A DNA stretch of 64,000 nt. Source: Cirrosporium novae-zelandiae. Lineage: Eukaryota. This document shows positions 1-11,094 of this stretch, one piece after another (the first letter of the stretch is position 1; every line of letters begins with the position of its first letter). The position numbers and the translations under genes were made by a program. The stretch spans positions 372,001 through 436,000 of the forward strand of contig JAPETS010000018.1 in assembly GCA_026023565.1 (NCBI GenBank), in the 5' to 3' direction. The notes below the pieces were generated by a model. That model was given only the letters and a program-made list of their open reading frames with translations. It did no database searches and was not told the origin of the DNA.

Positions 1-447
1 AAGCTTGATTTATTTTTGCCTGTCTGTAAATACCTTTATTTAGTAATCATGTCCATGATAGATAATTACCAAGACCGTCTAGAGTTTTGTTAGAAGTAAG
101 AGTGAAGAGGGTTCACCAGGTTGGCACTTTGCTTAGTATACAATTACTCGTCCATACCATGACGATCAATGTAAGCTTCTATTCCTAAGTTAACGAATGC
201 CTTACTTGCCTTCCCGGCTGGTCAGATATATATGATGTGTGATTGATTGGCCATCCGGGGAGGCACAAAATATAAATCAAAACGCATAACTTCGGCGATG
301 GGTAGGTACACAGTTAACGTAATCTCTACCCAGAAGTTCGGCCACACGCCAAAAATCCATTTCCTGTTATCATCAACTTCAACTAACCATGTAACTATTA
401 TTGATTATAAGAGAGAATTAGAAGAAGAAAAATGAAAAAAAGATATT

Positions 448-534
448 CGCCCGAGGGGGGGATCGAACCCCCAGCCTTCCGGTACAGCTTTCTTCGTAAA
501 AGCCGGACGCTCTATCCAATTGAGCTACCCGGGC
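448..534 (-). tRNA. tRNA-Lys(TTT) with 13-nt intron (484-496)
   Basis: The reverse complement folds as a cloverleaf: acceptor GCCCGGG/CTCGGGC, D-arm TAGCTCAATTGGATAGAGC, anticodon stem TCCGG/CCGGA with CT-TTT-A, intron at position 37/38, T-loop GGTTCGATCC. An oligo-T Pol III terminator follows (A-run at 435-441 on +). Confidence 0.96.
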
Positions 535-1080
535 CATTGGAGAATGATTGTTATTCGTTGAGGATTAGAGGGTTTTGGGTGGTATTTATTTGTTGGGTGT
601 GGGCGGTAATGGGTAATTAGATTAATTAGATTAAGCGAGAAGGAATTACTTACGGCCGAGGGTAGGTGGGTAGGTGCAGTTCTCAAGGTCGCTTTCATTT
701 TCCCTTAATTATAGAAAGGTATAGATAATGCACCCATCAAAGATGCGAAACCACCAAGCCAAGCACAAATGCAAGCAAAGCCTATCCGGAAAAACTGGCT
801 TAACCCCCAGTTACTCCTCCCTTTTTACATCTCTTTCTCTCTCTATATCTAAATCATAAATAACTGCTTCCTTACTTGTTTGCTTGCTTGCTTACTTGCT
901 TACTTACTTCAATCAATGGAAAGCTTTGTTAATTAATAAGAGAAGCCTCGGCTTTTTTTATCCTGATTTAGATAGGTACCTAGGTAGGTACTTGATGATA
1001 TATTGGAGGGGCAGGGGTAAGGCAGGAGGAGTAGGATAGTGAATTTTTAGTATGTGTACATGTACTATACAAGTCTTGAT

Positions 1081-1262
1081 TCAATCTCATTCAATCTCAT
1101 TCAATTCAATTCAATTCAATTCACTCCAATCCATCCATCCATTATTAACTTCTCTCTTCCCCCTTCCCCTCCTCCCCTACTTAATACATCCACATATCCC
1201 CCCAAGAAAAAGCAAAACCCTCCACCTCCTCCTCCTCCTCCTCCTCCTCCTTCTCCTTCTCC
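1081..1262. repeat. Microsatellite/low-complexity tract: (TTCAA)n-like run and (CCT)n
   Basis: Simple repeats visible at ~1081-1122 and ~1221-1260. They explain the poly-L/P/R/E ORFs here. Confidence 0.9.
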
Positions 1263-2117
1263 CCACCATCAATATAAATAAAAAACCAAACCAAACCAAA
1301 CCTATATACCAATGTTGTGAATAGACCAGCCCGACCAGCCCGACCCCAGCGACAGCATTCAAGTAACATCCCTTATCACTCAAAAAAAAGTTAATTACTT
1401 AGTTACATGTTATGTTTTTTTCTCTCTCTACATCATGTCAGGTAGAAAAAATCATGCAACGCGTTAGGAATAGATTAGACCAAGATTATTGACTTGTCTC
1501 AAGTTTTATTTTTTTACTAATCTATAATAACTAAATGCGAAATTTTCATTGAACATTTTTTTTACTAATCTATATAATTCAATGATACAATTTCATGGGG
1601 TTACCTGATCAAAAAGCCTTCGTTCGCTAAGACCTTAAACTTATATAATGTGTGACATCGACTGATCAATTATATACCTCTATTTTATCATGTAACCGAT
1701 AATTCATAACTGGACCGAGCCTCTCCCTGATTTCTATAATTACACTTGCTCTGCGTTTTGCTGTCATGTGAAATGTCATTCTTCTTGCTCCTTTTCAAGG
1801 CCGCTCAGTTCCTTGGAGGAGAAAGCTAGTATTCTTATTCGATCGCGTTAAAGTAGTTCTTTCGACTGATAACCTCTTCTTCCCGTTGTTCTTTGATGCT
1901 GTCGCGGTTGTGACAAAGTCACCTGATTCTAATGACTCAGTAGCAACCACGACTGTGCCTTCCTAATTTGTTAGCTTATCGAACTCTTGTAAATTCAGTT
2001 TCGTTTCAATAAGTTGGTCCTTTCCCTCATTGTCTATGTGATCTCGTCCATTCTTCTCATTATATACCTACCAACCGATCCAAACCAATACAAAATCTTA
2101 CCAACCCTTAAAACACC

Positions 2118-3199
2118 ATGACTCAACGGAGCATTAAAGATTTTTTTCGTAACAAGGGGAAGCAACCGGCTGCGAGAATTCAGCTACACTACAGAAAGGA
2201 GATTCACCTAGGGACAGTTATGAAGCGGAGCAAATGCCTAGAGGCACAGACGAGAAAAAATATCTGAACTGAATCAGCTATCCCTCGAGCAATGGGCTGA
2301 TACTACTATTGGAAAATGCACTAAAGATGTAGCAGTAAAGCTACAATCAAGAGTTGAGATTCGTTTGTTGTTCGGCTCCGACATGGAAAATGAGAGGTAT
2401 CAGTTATGCAACGATGCAGTACGGCCAAAGCTGTACCACCTATTGTCGAAAATCCAGCCGTTAGACATAACGGAAGTGGAGGCACTAGGGTGCAATTTTT
2501 TTGATATTCGTCAAGGAGTATACCTCCTGGTTGTTAAGGACACGGTTGACGAAGATTTTCTTCAACTGTACATTGGGGGGGCTGCATCTACGGGGAAGTG
2601 GTCCAAAACCTTGAACGGAATTCCGGTCAAGTATGACTATTGGAAAGGGTTGCAAAAGCGACTCCGAGAACATTACACAAAAGAACACCAAGAGAAAAAC
2701 CCTTGCCGTCTATACAACTCGATGTATGCTACACAGACCAGAGTAACGACGGCTGTGACTTTAGCGGCGTTCGACCAACCTGTAGATCCGGCGCTGGTAT
2801 ATTTTCTGGAGGGGGTATTTGCAATATTGTTCCAAACATGGAACGATATAGAGGCCCAACAAATTTGCAAAACATACTCAGATTTTGCAGGAAGGGGGTT
2901 GAATCGGAGCAGCCGACCTATGGCCAACCCCCCACGCGGGTCCCAAAATAAAGAGGACTCATAAATTCCTTTCGCTGAGCCAGCCTATGTGCCTACCCAA
3001 CACTACGCCCACCCCCCCAAAAACATCCTAGGGAGGCCTTCAAACAAAATCAATTTTTAATTTCAATAACAATTCAATTTGAAGGCCTCCCCAAAGTCCT
3101 AGAAGATTGTGAGTCCCGTTTATTTTGGAACCCGAGTGCCCCCTAGGCACGCATGGTGGGTATGATGAATCAGAGATGAATCGGAGGAATAGGAGTTGA
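2118..3199 (+). pseudogene. GIY-YIG-like nuclease gene with N-terminal PIP box; probable frameshift near 2255-2260 and 3' MITE insertion
   Basis: The frame of ORF 2365-2964 is open from 2242 and has GVYLL...LYIG, KRLREH, FLE and GLN in GIY-YIG order. The upstream ATG at 2118 (MTQRSIKDFF) is in a different frame. Removing the MITE restores a C-terminus ending at TGA 3197-3199. Confidence 0.6.
2933..3138. mobile_element. 206-bp MITE with 32-bp TIRs (CAC...GTG) flanked by CCCCC on both sides
   Basis: Left CACGCGGGTCCCAAAATAAAGAGGACTCATAA versus reverse complement of right CACTCGGGTTCCAAAATAAACGGGACTCACAA (27/32 match). Internal perfect 14-bp inverted repeat at 3031-3044/3078-3091. Confidence 0.8.
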
Positions 3200-5232
3200 A
3201 TGATGTTACTACACAGTAGTATTGAGGAGCACGTGAGGAGGAAGTTTTAACATTCTCACATTAAAGCTTGTTGCTTGTTAGCTTTCGATCAATCGATATA
3301 TTTTCTCATAGGCCAATAGGAAGCAGCAATCATACTCTCTGTGTGATAATGAAGAAAGTGGTCCAATTGTGAACTCGGTGACCGGGTCAAGGTTTGTCAC
3401 GGCAGAATAGAGTCTTTTCGCACGAGCAACGCTTTAATGATCCAATGAGCTTGTTCTCTAGTTTCAACCGGACTTGACGGGCATGCCTAGGCTCGACGTC
3501 CTCGTAAAGCATCCCGTTCTGATTTGTTTGTGGTAAGTTGAAGCGGTTGATAACAGCTGGGATGGGGCCACCGAGGGGCTTCGGTGGAAATTATGAAGGG
3601 AGCTTGAATTCAAAGGGATAGAAAGTTCCAAAACGGAACCTGGAGAAGCAAAGCCTTTTGAAAAGGTAAATTGAGGTACTTGTAATACTTAGTCAAGGGA
3701 ATTGAATCCTATTTGTCCGTCTTTTTTTTTTAAATAATGTTTAGCCCTGTAATTTTGTTTTCTTGGGGTAGGTACTACAAGTATGAACCAGATTATTGAC
3801 CATGGCTTTTGCATAGACACGATAAATTGATATTATCTTATCGGATTATATCCAGCTTTTACCTTTTGTATATTTCTGGCTTGGGTTCACTTAGGCTATC
3901 CGCCTAGAATCTCCCTCGATAGGTGTGGAGAAAAGGTCGGGGGTGGGACGGTAGACAATGCGCTCAGCTCCCACTTGCTATAAGAGGACATTGGAGGATA
4001 ATGGATTGCGGAGATGAAAAAGGCAATTTTGCCTTCTGTAGATATTTGGTTGGGTGCTGTACGGCTGTTACCGAGCGGATCACGGGTGTGGCTTTTGGCT
4101 TCTTCAACTTCGTCCTTTCATCAACCTCTTACTTTCCAAAGTACTACTACTAAGTTACGTAGCATCTTGCCATGGAAATATAAACAACAATACAGTTCAA
4201 GTTTAACTACAATCCATCACATCTCGCCTCCCCCGCAGGAATATCTTACCCTGATCTAAAGACATGCAGTAGCTCTCCTTCGAGCTTCGTGGCCTTCATT
4301 CAAGCTTCTTGGCTTCCTCAACCTCAATGCCTCGTCCTCACCACATCATAATTGGCCTTATATCTAGCCTCATTAATTATAAGATTCAATGCTTTTTTTG
4401 AGTAACGGCTGGGCTCGGACCGCCATCTGAAAGTTAAGCAATCTGTTTTCGGTTTCCAATGTCCAACGGCTACTTGAACTGTTCCTCTGCCTTGCCAAGG
4501 AGGTATGACCTCGATTGAACATGAAGCCTCCAGTGTTATTTTCCACATCACAGCCCTTATTTTCTTAAATTCATCCCATTTCTGCTATTGACTGCGAGTG
4601 GTCTGACTGCCAATTCTCAACCACCACTGGTGTCGTCGTCCATTTGTTGCCCAGGAAATATAACCTTAGCTGAAACTTCAACCTTCATTGTTACTTTCCA
4701 TTTTATAACCTCTGTCCTCTTATACCCATATTTATTCCTGTTTCCAGCTCCTGGTTGTCTGCCTGACCGTCCGCTTCGACATTGGTTACGTGTGCGTGGA
4801 CTGTTGGCCTGTCGTGCTTTGGACCTTGTGACAATATATGAACATCACACTGGTATAAGCAGCAGACTGGTTTATCATTGAATACCAGCCCATCTATATA
4901 ACCAAGGCTGACTGGGCCACACGTTTCCATTGACTAAACCGGAGCTTGGATTTTAGCTCTATAGGCGAGTTTGAATTCAACACCAAATAAGAGAATATTT
5001 ACAAACTCCACAAAGGAATTTAAGAACGGTAAGTGGCTCAACCAATTTTTGTTTTTCAGTATGAGTGAAAATTTTAGATTTTTCTAAACATAGAATAGGA
5101 GTCATTACTTTCTTCTCCATAGGTTGCTATATACAAGAGCGGTGTCGCTCTTCGTCTCAACATTACGGTTCATTTCAGTATTCGCGATTCCTCAATTCGT
5201 GTTCCAACGATATCTAGAATTTCGCAGCTGGT

Positions 5233-6337
5233 ATGCCTTGGGCTACAGCCACCCAGACAGCTTCAATCGACAATCTCCCTCGCGTTGACGGCTTTTCTCC
5301 AAAACCAACTTCTATTGGCGCCGTAGAATTATTTCGCAAGGATCAGCCAGTAGCTGAAACAATCTGTGGATATGTGGAGGGGTCGATAGGTTAGAAGATA
5401 AATGCTTCATTCAGCTGACATTGATACTGACTAAATTAAAAAACAGCCTCTCCCATATCCTGCAGCAACGGCAACGCCTGCTTTCTCAAATCTGACTGGG
5501 CTGCTGTTGGTTGTTGCCAGTCATCTTCATGGGCTGGATCGTACTGGGTTGTAGATCAATGTACCCATTATACCGACTGTTATGAATCAGCTTCTATTTC
5601 TAATTGCAACGGCACGTGCCAAAAAAATACGCGCATCGCAAAATGGTATTAATATACTTATCAGCCATTTCATTCCTTGAGTTAGATGGCTAATTAATAA
5701 TAGTTCCAATCCGGCTGCCCCCTACTGCCACAGTTTTACTTATACCAATTACGATATTAATACTTACAATTACTTCTTTTACGGCTGCACTTCCCAGCCT
5801 AGCGTCACTGGCACCCTCGGGTATACTTACAAAGGCGAGTATGCCAGCGCGGCTCCTACTTACGTGCTTGCTTCTAGCAATAGCACTGGCCCTGCACCCA
5901 ACGACAAATCTTCAGACGAATCAGCCAGTAACACCGGGGCGATCGTCGGCGGTGTAGTCGGGGGCCTCCTTTTCGTTCTGGCTGTGGGAGGTGCCTTCCT
6001 TATGTACTACTGTCTCCGAAAACGATCTCGAGAACAAGAAAGCGCCCATATGCAAGCCATACATCAATCTCAACTCGAAAGCGGCAGGTACCAGCAGCAG
6101 CAGCAGCAGCAGCAGCAGGCGTTTGATCGCCCGGATTCGATGAATCTCAATCAGCAGAATAAAACTGTCTCGTGGCCCACTTCGCCACCTCGATCACCAC
6201 CGTCACCAATGTCACCCCCGCCAACGTATCAGAATCAGCCATTAGACCCGACTGGGCCACACCCAGGTCAGGAACAGACATCGGCGGCTTCGAGATTCAC
6301 TGAACCGTACGAATTATCCCGGATGCCGAGTAGATGA
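5233..6337 (+). CDS. Single-pass membrane protein: Cys-rich ectodomain, TM helix, Q/P-rich tail (Mid2/cell-surface-sensor-like architecture)
   Basis: Exons 5233-5389, 5447-5645 and 5704-6337 join in frame through GT-AG introns. CGY, GCC and PYC motifs; TM segment GAIVGGVVGGLLFVLAVGGAFLMYY followed by RKR. The true start or a signal-peptide exon may lie upstream. Confidence 0.8.
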
Positions 6338-7360
6338 ATCTTAGATCCCCAAAACCCAGACAAGTAGGTTATGGAAGTAATGGAGTAAGAGGGGGGTTTT
6401 ACCTAAGAGGATTTGATGGACTATAAGATAGTGGCGAGTAAGAAGCATAAGCACCCGTTCTTTGCCGTGGACAATTATGGATTTAGCCCATCCAAGCGTT
6501 AGTTTGTGTTAACTTTTATATACCAAAGCAACCAGCGTTAATTAATCGTCACAATCAAACTTATCAAAATCAGAAATAATATGTTGCTTGGCCAAAGTTA
6601 CGTCTAGCTTCTTTTTTTCCGCTCCCAACCTTCCAACTTTAACTGATAAATTTGTGAGATTTAGACTATGACTTAGTAAATAATCATCCCTAAATATTTA
6701 CGGGAAAAGTCAATTAAACTTTTTAAAAAATATATTAAATAAGAAACCCTAGGTAGCATTCGAAAAGAGGGGAGGAGCTGTAGGCAGGTAGATAGGTAAG
6801 CAACATAAACATGTCTACTACATATATACATATAGCATCAATACACTTTGCTTTACAGAAATATCTATAATCATAAAGGGGTAAAGGAGTTATTATTAGT
6901 TAATACATATCTGGTAGCGGTGGGAAAATTATGTACTGTGGTGTGTAGGTTAAAAGAGTTATAGACTACTTAAAATGTTGAGACAAAACATAACAGCTAG
7001 CAAGCTCCTCTTAGCAGGGTTGGAAAAGGGGGTATAGAAAAAATAATAATGCAAGTGGTAAGATGTCGGGATGGATGGAAGGAAGGGAAAAGAGTCACAG
7101 GGGGGAAACTTTGAGTTGGAATGGCATTTGGAAAAGTCTGGGTTACTTTTGCCTTCTCAGTTTGAGAGGGTTGACCCGGAGGATCAAAAAGAAGCGTAGA
7201 GTAGAGAAAGGGAGATGTGATCTAGAAAAAAAAGAAATCTAAGAAGGAGGGATGATTTTGTACATACCAAGAAAATACGAAGGTGGCTGCACTAATTATT
7301 GTGACTTGGCCAGTGAGTGTGTGCTTAAAATCCTTTCTTTATAGTATTCACAAAACCGGA

Positions 7361-8272
7361 CTACTCGGGGGGGATCCGATGCGATTTCTTTCGTCTCTTC
7401 GCCGGTCTAGCTTCTTCTTCTTGGTCTCCTTTCTCTTCTTCACCATTGTCGTTGTCATCATCATTGTCCTCACCCTCTGGCGATGATGATGATGACCCTA
7501 CAACTATCGCCACCTGGCTTATCCTGCCCAGCTTCCTCTTCTTCTTCCGGCGGTAGACCCACTGTGAGCCCGATCCCATCTCGCGTATCCAATCTTGCAA
7601 CTGCTTCGTCTGTTTCCGGTTTTGATTGTGTCGAAGTCGTATCGTGGTGCTGGTGGTGCTGCTGGTAGGTGCAGACCAACCACCACCGAGGGAATCGCGA
7701 TATGAGGTGTATGGGTATTTGCGGATGATAGTAAGGAGTTGGAGGAGGAAATTGTTGGGGAGGGTGTCCATGTCCATGTCGATAATTCCTTGGGTATTGA
7801 TAGTATCCTTTTAAAATGTTGTTTGTTAGTACATACATATATGCTGACATCCGGATTGATCAAGTCATACCTTTAGATCCGGGAATTTCTCCTGGAAACT
7901 CTTCAGAACCTGGGCCATCCCTTCTTCAGGCAATCGATTAATATAGGTTAGGATTTCCTCCTTTTGTTCGTTGGTGACCTGCACGTTTGCCGGTTGTCCT
8001 TCTTTTTCTTCTCCCTCTCCCGCTTTCTCTATACTCTTCCCCGACGATACGGCTGATCCAGCGGTAGCAGCATCATCTTTTGTAAGAATGTTGAGAGCAC
8101 TTGTCGCTACGGTAGGATGATCGCGACAAATCGCGTTTAGCGTTTCACGTAGGCGATCTAGAGATGTCGCGTTAATGATCTGAGCAAGATGGTCAAGGTC
8201 GACGGGAGACGAGGTCAGTTGAGTTCCATGGATATTACTTGGGCTGAAGGAGGAGTGCCATTCGCTGGCCAT
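7361..8272 (-). CDS. Stand-alone ET (BET extra-terminal/NET) domain protein
   Basis: Exons 8272-7871 and 7807-7361; intron GTATGA...TACTAAC...AAG. The spliced peptide VTNEQKEEILTYINRLPEEGMAQVLKSFQEKFPDLKDTINTQGIIDMDMDTLPNNFLLQLLTII matches the Bdf1/BRD ET pattern. Basic NLS-like stretches (RRKKKRK, RPAKRRKK). Confidence 0.75.
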
Positions 8273-9227
8273 AGTTATTTGGTGGTGACATTGAAATATT
8301 TAGTAGATAGATACGTCATGTCTAGCAATCACGACACATCAAGCTCGGCCATGACTCAGGAGTTTGCAAATTATGGTTTGGTGGAGGATGTTGATGCCTT
8401 AGGTGTCATAGATCCCATCAAGGACTCGTTGGTGCTATGGCACTGAATGATATTTATAACCAGCATATTAAATAGGTTTTGAAAATAGAATTTAGCTACT
8501 TAGATATCTAATATTTAAAGCATGCCGCATTTACCTATCTCCTTACGGGGATATTCTGTCTGGTATCACAGTACCATACCGGTCTCACCCAACAACCTCA
8601 CCCGACTTGGTCACCGCGTCTATGCTCAACCAGTCAACACATCTGAGTATAATCCCTTTGGGATAAGTTCGGGTTTTGACGTCTCGTAAAAACTCTTAAA
8701 CCTAGAGAACCTCGACTTGGGGAGTCTGAAGTCTTCGAAAACCCTAGTCTCACATGGAATCCTCGTCTATAACACAGTGATTAGAAACACTAAGGTCGAT
8801 AAACCAGATTAGTTTCTTCCATATTGGTTTTGTAGATACAACCTCGAGCTCCTCTAAGCTATATTCATTTACTATCAATTCTAGGAGAACTAGTCCTGCC
8901 TAGGCATGTTTTTCATTTGCATTCACTCGATTAGGCCCACGGCATTAAGCATCGTTTTTTGCTAGTTTCCTTCTCTTGAAAAACTGTGTGAAGTGGTCCT
9001 CGTTCTTCATGCAAGAAATGAATTGAAAGGCCTCCTCCTGGCGATGGCTGAACTTAGAGCTACTCTGATGCCCGTCGGGGAATGGAATTACATATAGACT
9101 TAAGCGTCTAATCATATGCTTTCGCTCCAGCCCTACTTGCGAAAGTATTCCAATTAGAAATTTGCGTGGTGTATCAAGCACACTTGTCTAGGGGGTTAAA
9201 CATCAAGTGGACTTTTGGGTAAAAGAG

Positions 9228-9308
9228 ACTAGATAGACCCCCTCAGCCTACTCGGTCTAGTCGGTCGGGGACAGACCGTCTATTTAGCCTAGTCCATTTC
9301 CTTCATTA
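9228..9308. mobile_element. Isolated terminal fragment related to the element at 16815-17435
   Basis: GACCGTCTATTTAGCCTAGTCCATTTCCTTCA aligns with GATCGTCTATTTGGTCTAGTCTATTCCTTTA (~17400-17430) and shares the TAGACC/GGTCTA subrepeats. Confidence 0.55.
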
Positions 9309-9481
9309 GATGTATGGTTTTAGCAGATAGTTTATCATATATTACCAGCTGATCGACCGTCATGCTTTGACCTGCAACGATGTTACTGATTTAATCCAAG
9401 GAATTTGATATACCTATAAAAAATTTAAGCCTAACCTTCAGACAAAATACCGTAAAGTGACTTTTACTCGAAATTCTCTTT

Positions 9482-10583
9482 TCATGTCCTCATTTTGGTA
9501 GTCATTCCTGGTTTTGACTCTTCGAATTGAACTTTCTAATGAAGTCAAGCATCCCAGGATCATCCTTGAGACGGGTCACGCACCGAGGACGTTGATACCC
9601 TAGAATTGGTTTCTATTCGTATTTGTTGCGGTAAATGTGTAGAGCCATCGATTCGGTAGGGTCAACTCGCAAAGCCCACTTCTCAGACTTGAATGGGAGA
9701 GGGAATGAAGATGTATACACGGATGAACTGGATTTTTTTAACCCAAAATCGACAAAATGTTGGATCTGGGTTTCTGATAGTTGAAAAATCTTGTAACCTC
9801 CTGTCCGATGTATGAAAGCTTCTTTGCACTAACGACACCGGGAAAATTAATAAAGAGTCATAGAATGAATAAAAGGAGTAGATGATTTGAAAGAAAATAC
9901 ATACTTCTATCCCACATTCCCGGCGTTCAAACAAAACAACCCCACCGGATAATTGATTCTCAGCCCAGTATCCCATTTCATCTGCAATGCCTTGAGGATA
10001 TTGAGTCCAGGCAACATAGCTTGGATGATAGAAATCGGTTGGTTTGGGTGTAATAGGTGGAAAATTGTAAGGGTTTGGCGTCGGCAGAACGGCGGAAGAA
10101 ACTTGTCGTGTTCTTGAAGATGGCGACTATCTTTAGCATTGTTAAACAACAAAACTGCAATATCATGGCATGCAATGGCGACCATCTCCAACAACCGAAG
10201 ATTGAAATATTTAGAATTTGAAGGCGCATCCTGATATGCTTGAACTACCTGGTAGGATTTTAACATTTAGGTAGCAATGAAATAGAACAGGAAATACCAA
10301 CATTAGCATCAAATCTAAGAATATTAAAGTTGAATGTTATCCGAAAAGCTCTGAACATGTCAGTTGAATCTGGGCAAGGATTTATATGGTTGTCAATATC
10401 AGCACGGGAACCGTATCCATATCCATAGTAGGCATCACGAATAGGCAGGTCATCGATAATCTGTGCAAAAGGGAGTTCGGCAAGATCTGTAGCTAGAATT
10501 TCAGAAAGAGTAAGCTTGAATGCATTTAAATGCTCAGGCGTTAGGTCATTGATAGAGATTCGAGGAGTAGTATCTGTAGCCAT
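9482..10583 (-). pseudogene. Pseudogene of an uncharacterised fungal family (RLLEMVAIACH...QYPQGIAD.GYWAE..GGVVLF)
   Basis: Introns 10301-10249 and 9904-9829. A frameshift near 10090 is needed to reach PTDFYHPSY...GYWAE. In-frame TAG at 9615-9613 (YRNKYE*K). Confidence 0.75.
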
Positions 10584-11094
10584 GACGTTGCGTGATGGAT
10601 AGAGTTATCTGGGGTGGCTTACTCTTTAAATATCTACGGAGCGATACGAGCTGTCGAGCATGTGACTTAACCGAAACCCCTTAGATGTACAAAGGGTCAT
10701 GATAGACTGAGTTCTCGTAATAACGGATAACTAAAAAGATCTCGCGGTAATGCTTTTCATTTGAGTAACTGAATACCTACCGATTATCTAGGCTATACCC
10801 TTGCCACAAGAGAGTGTCCGAGGACTTTTGATATGAGCCCCGTGGTTCTCGCTTTCATCAACTTCTCTAGGAGAACATTCCGTATTGCACAGAAGGCCTC
10901 ATTGCACACATAAAGGTGAAATATTTTGGAAGCCATCGCTCATAACCCGTTTCACTCCCCTTTGCAGGCACACGCACGTTAAGACGAGAAAAACAATTAC
11001 CCATAGTAGCCTACTAAAGACTCCAACCACTTAACCTTCAAGAGACCCCCATAGGCATTAATTGCTCCCCCTTATACAAAGGAAATCCGCTTGC

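Noticed and set aside
247..620. Short ORFs 247-435 and 432-620
   Set aside because: The second is the antisense of the tRNA gene; neither has recognisable motifs.
1052..1383. Four overlapping ORFs with poly-L/P/R/E
   Set aside because: Artefacts of (CCT)n and (TTCAA)n microsatellites.
3923..4930. Short ORFs, possibly a decayed minus-strand gene
   Set aside because: No consistent domain signature or splice structure could be reconstructed.
8945..9181. 78-aa ORF next to a TE end fragment
   Set aside because: No ATG start and only vague resemblance to fungal hypothetical proteins; at most a fragment.
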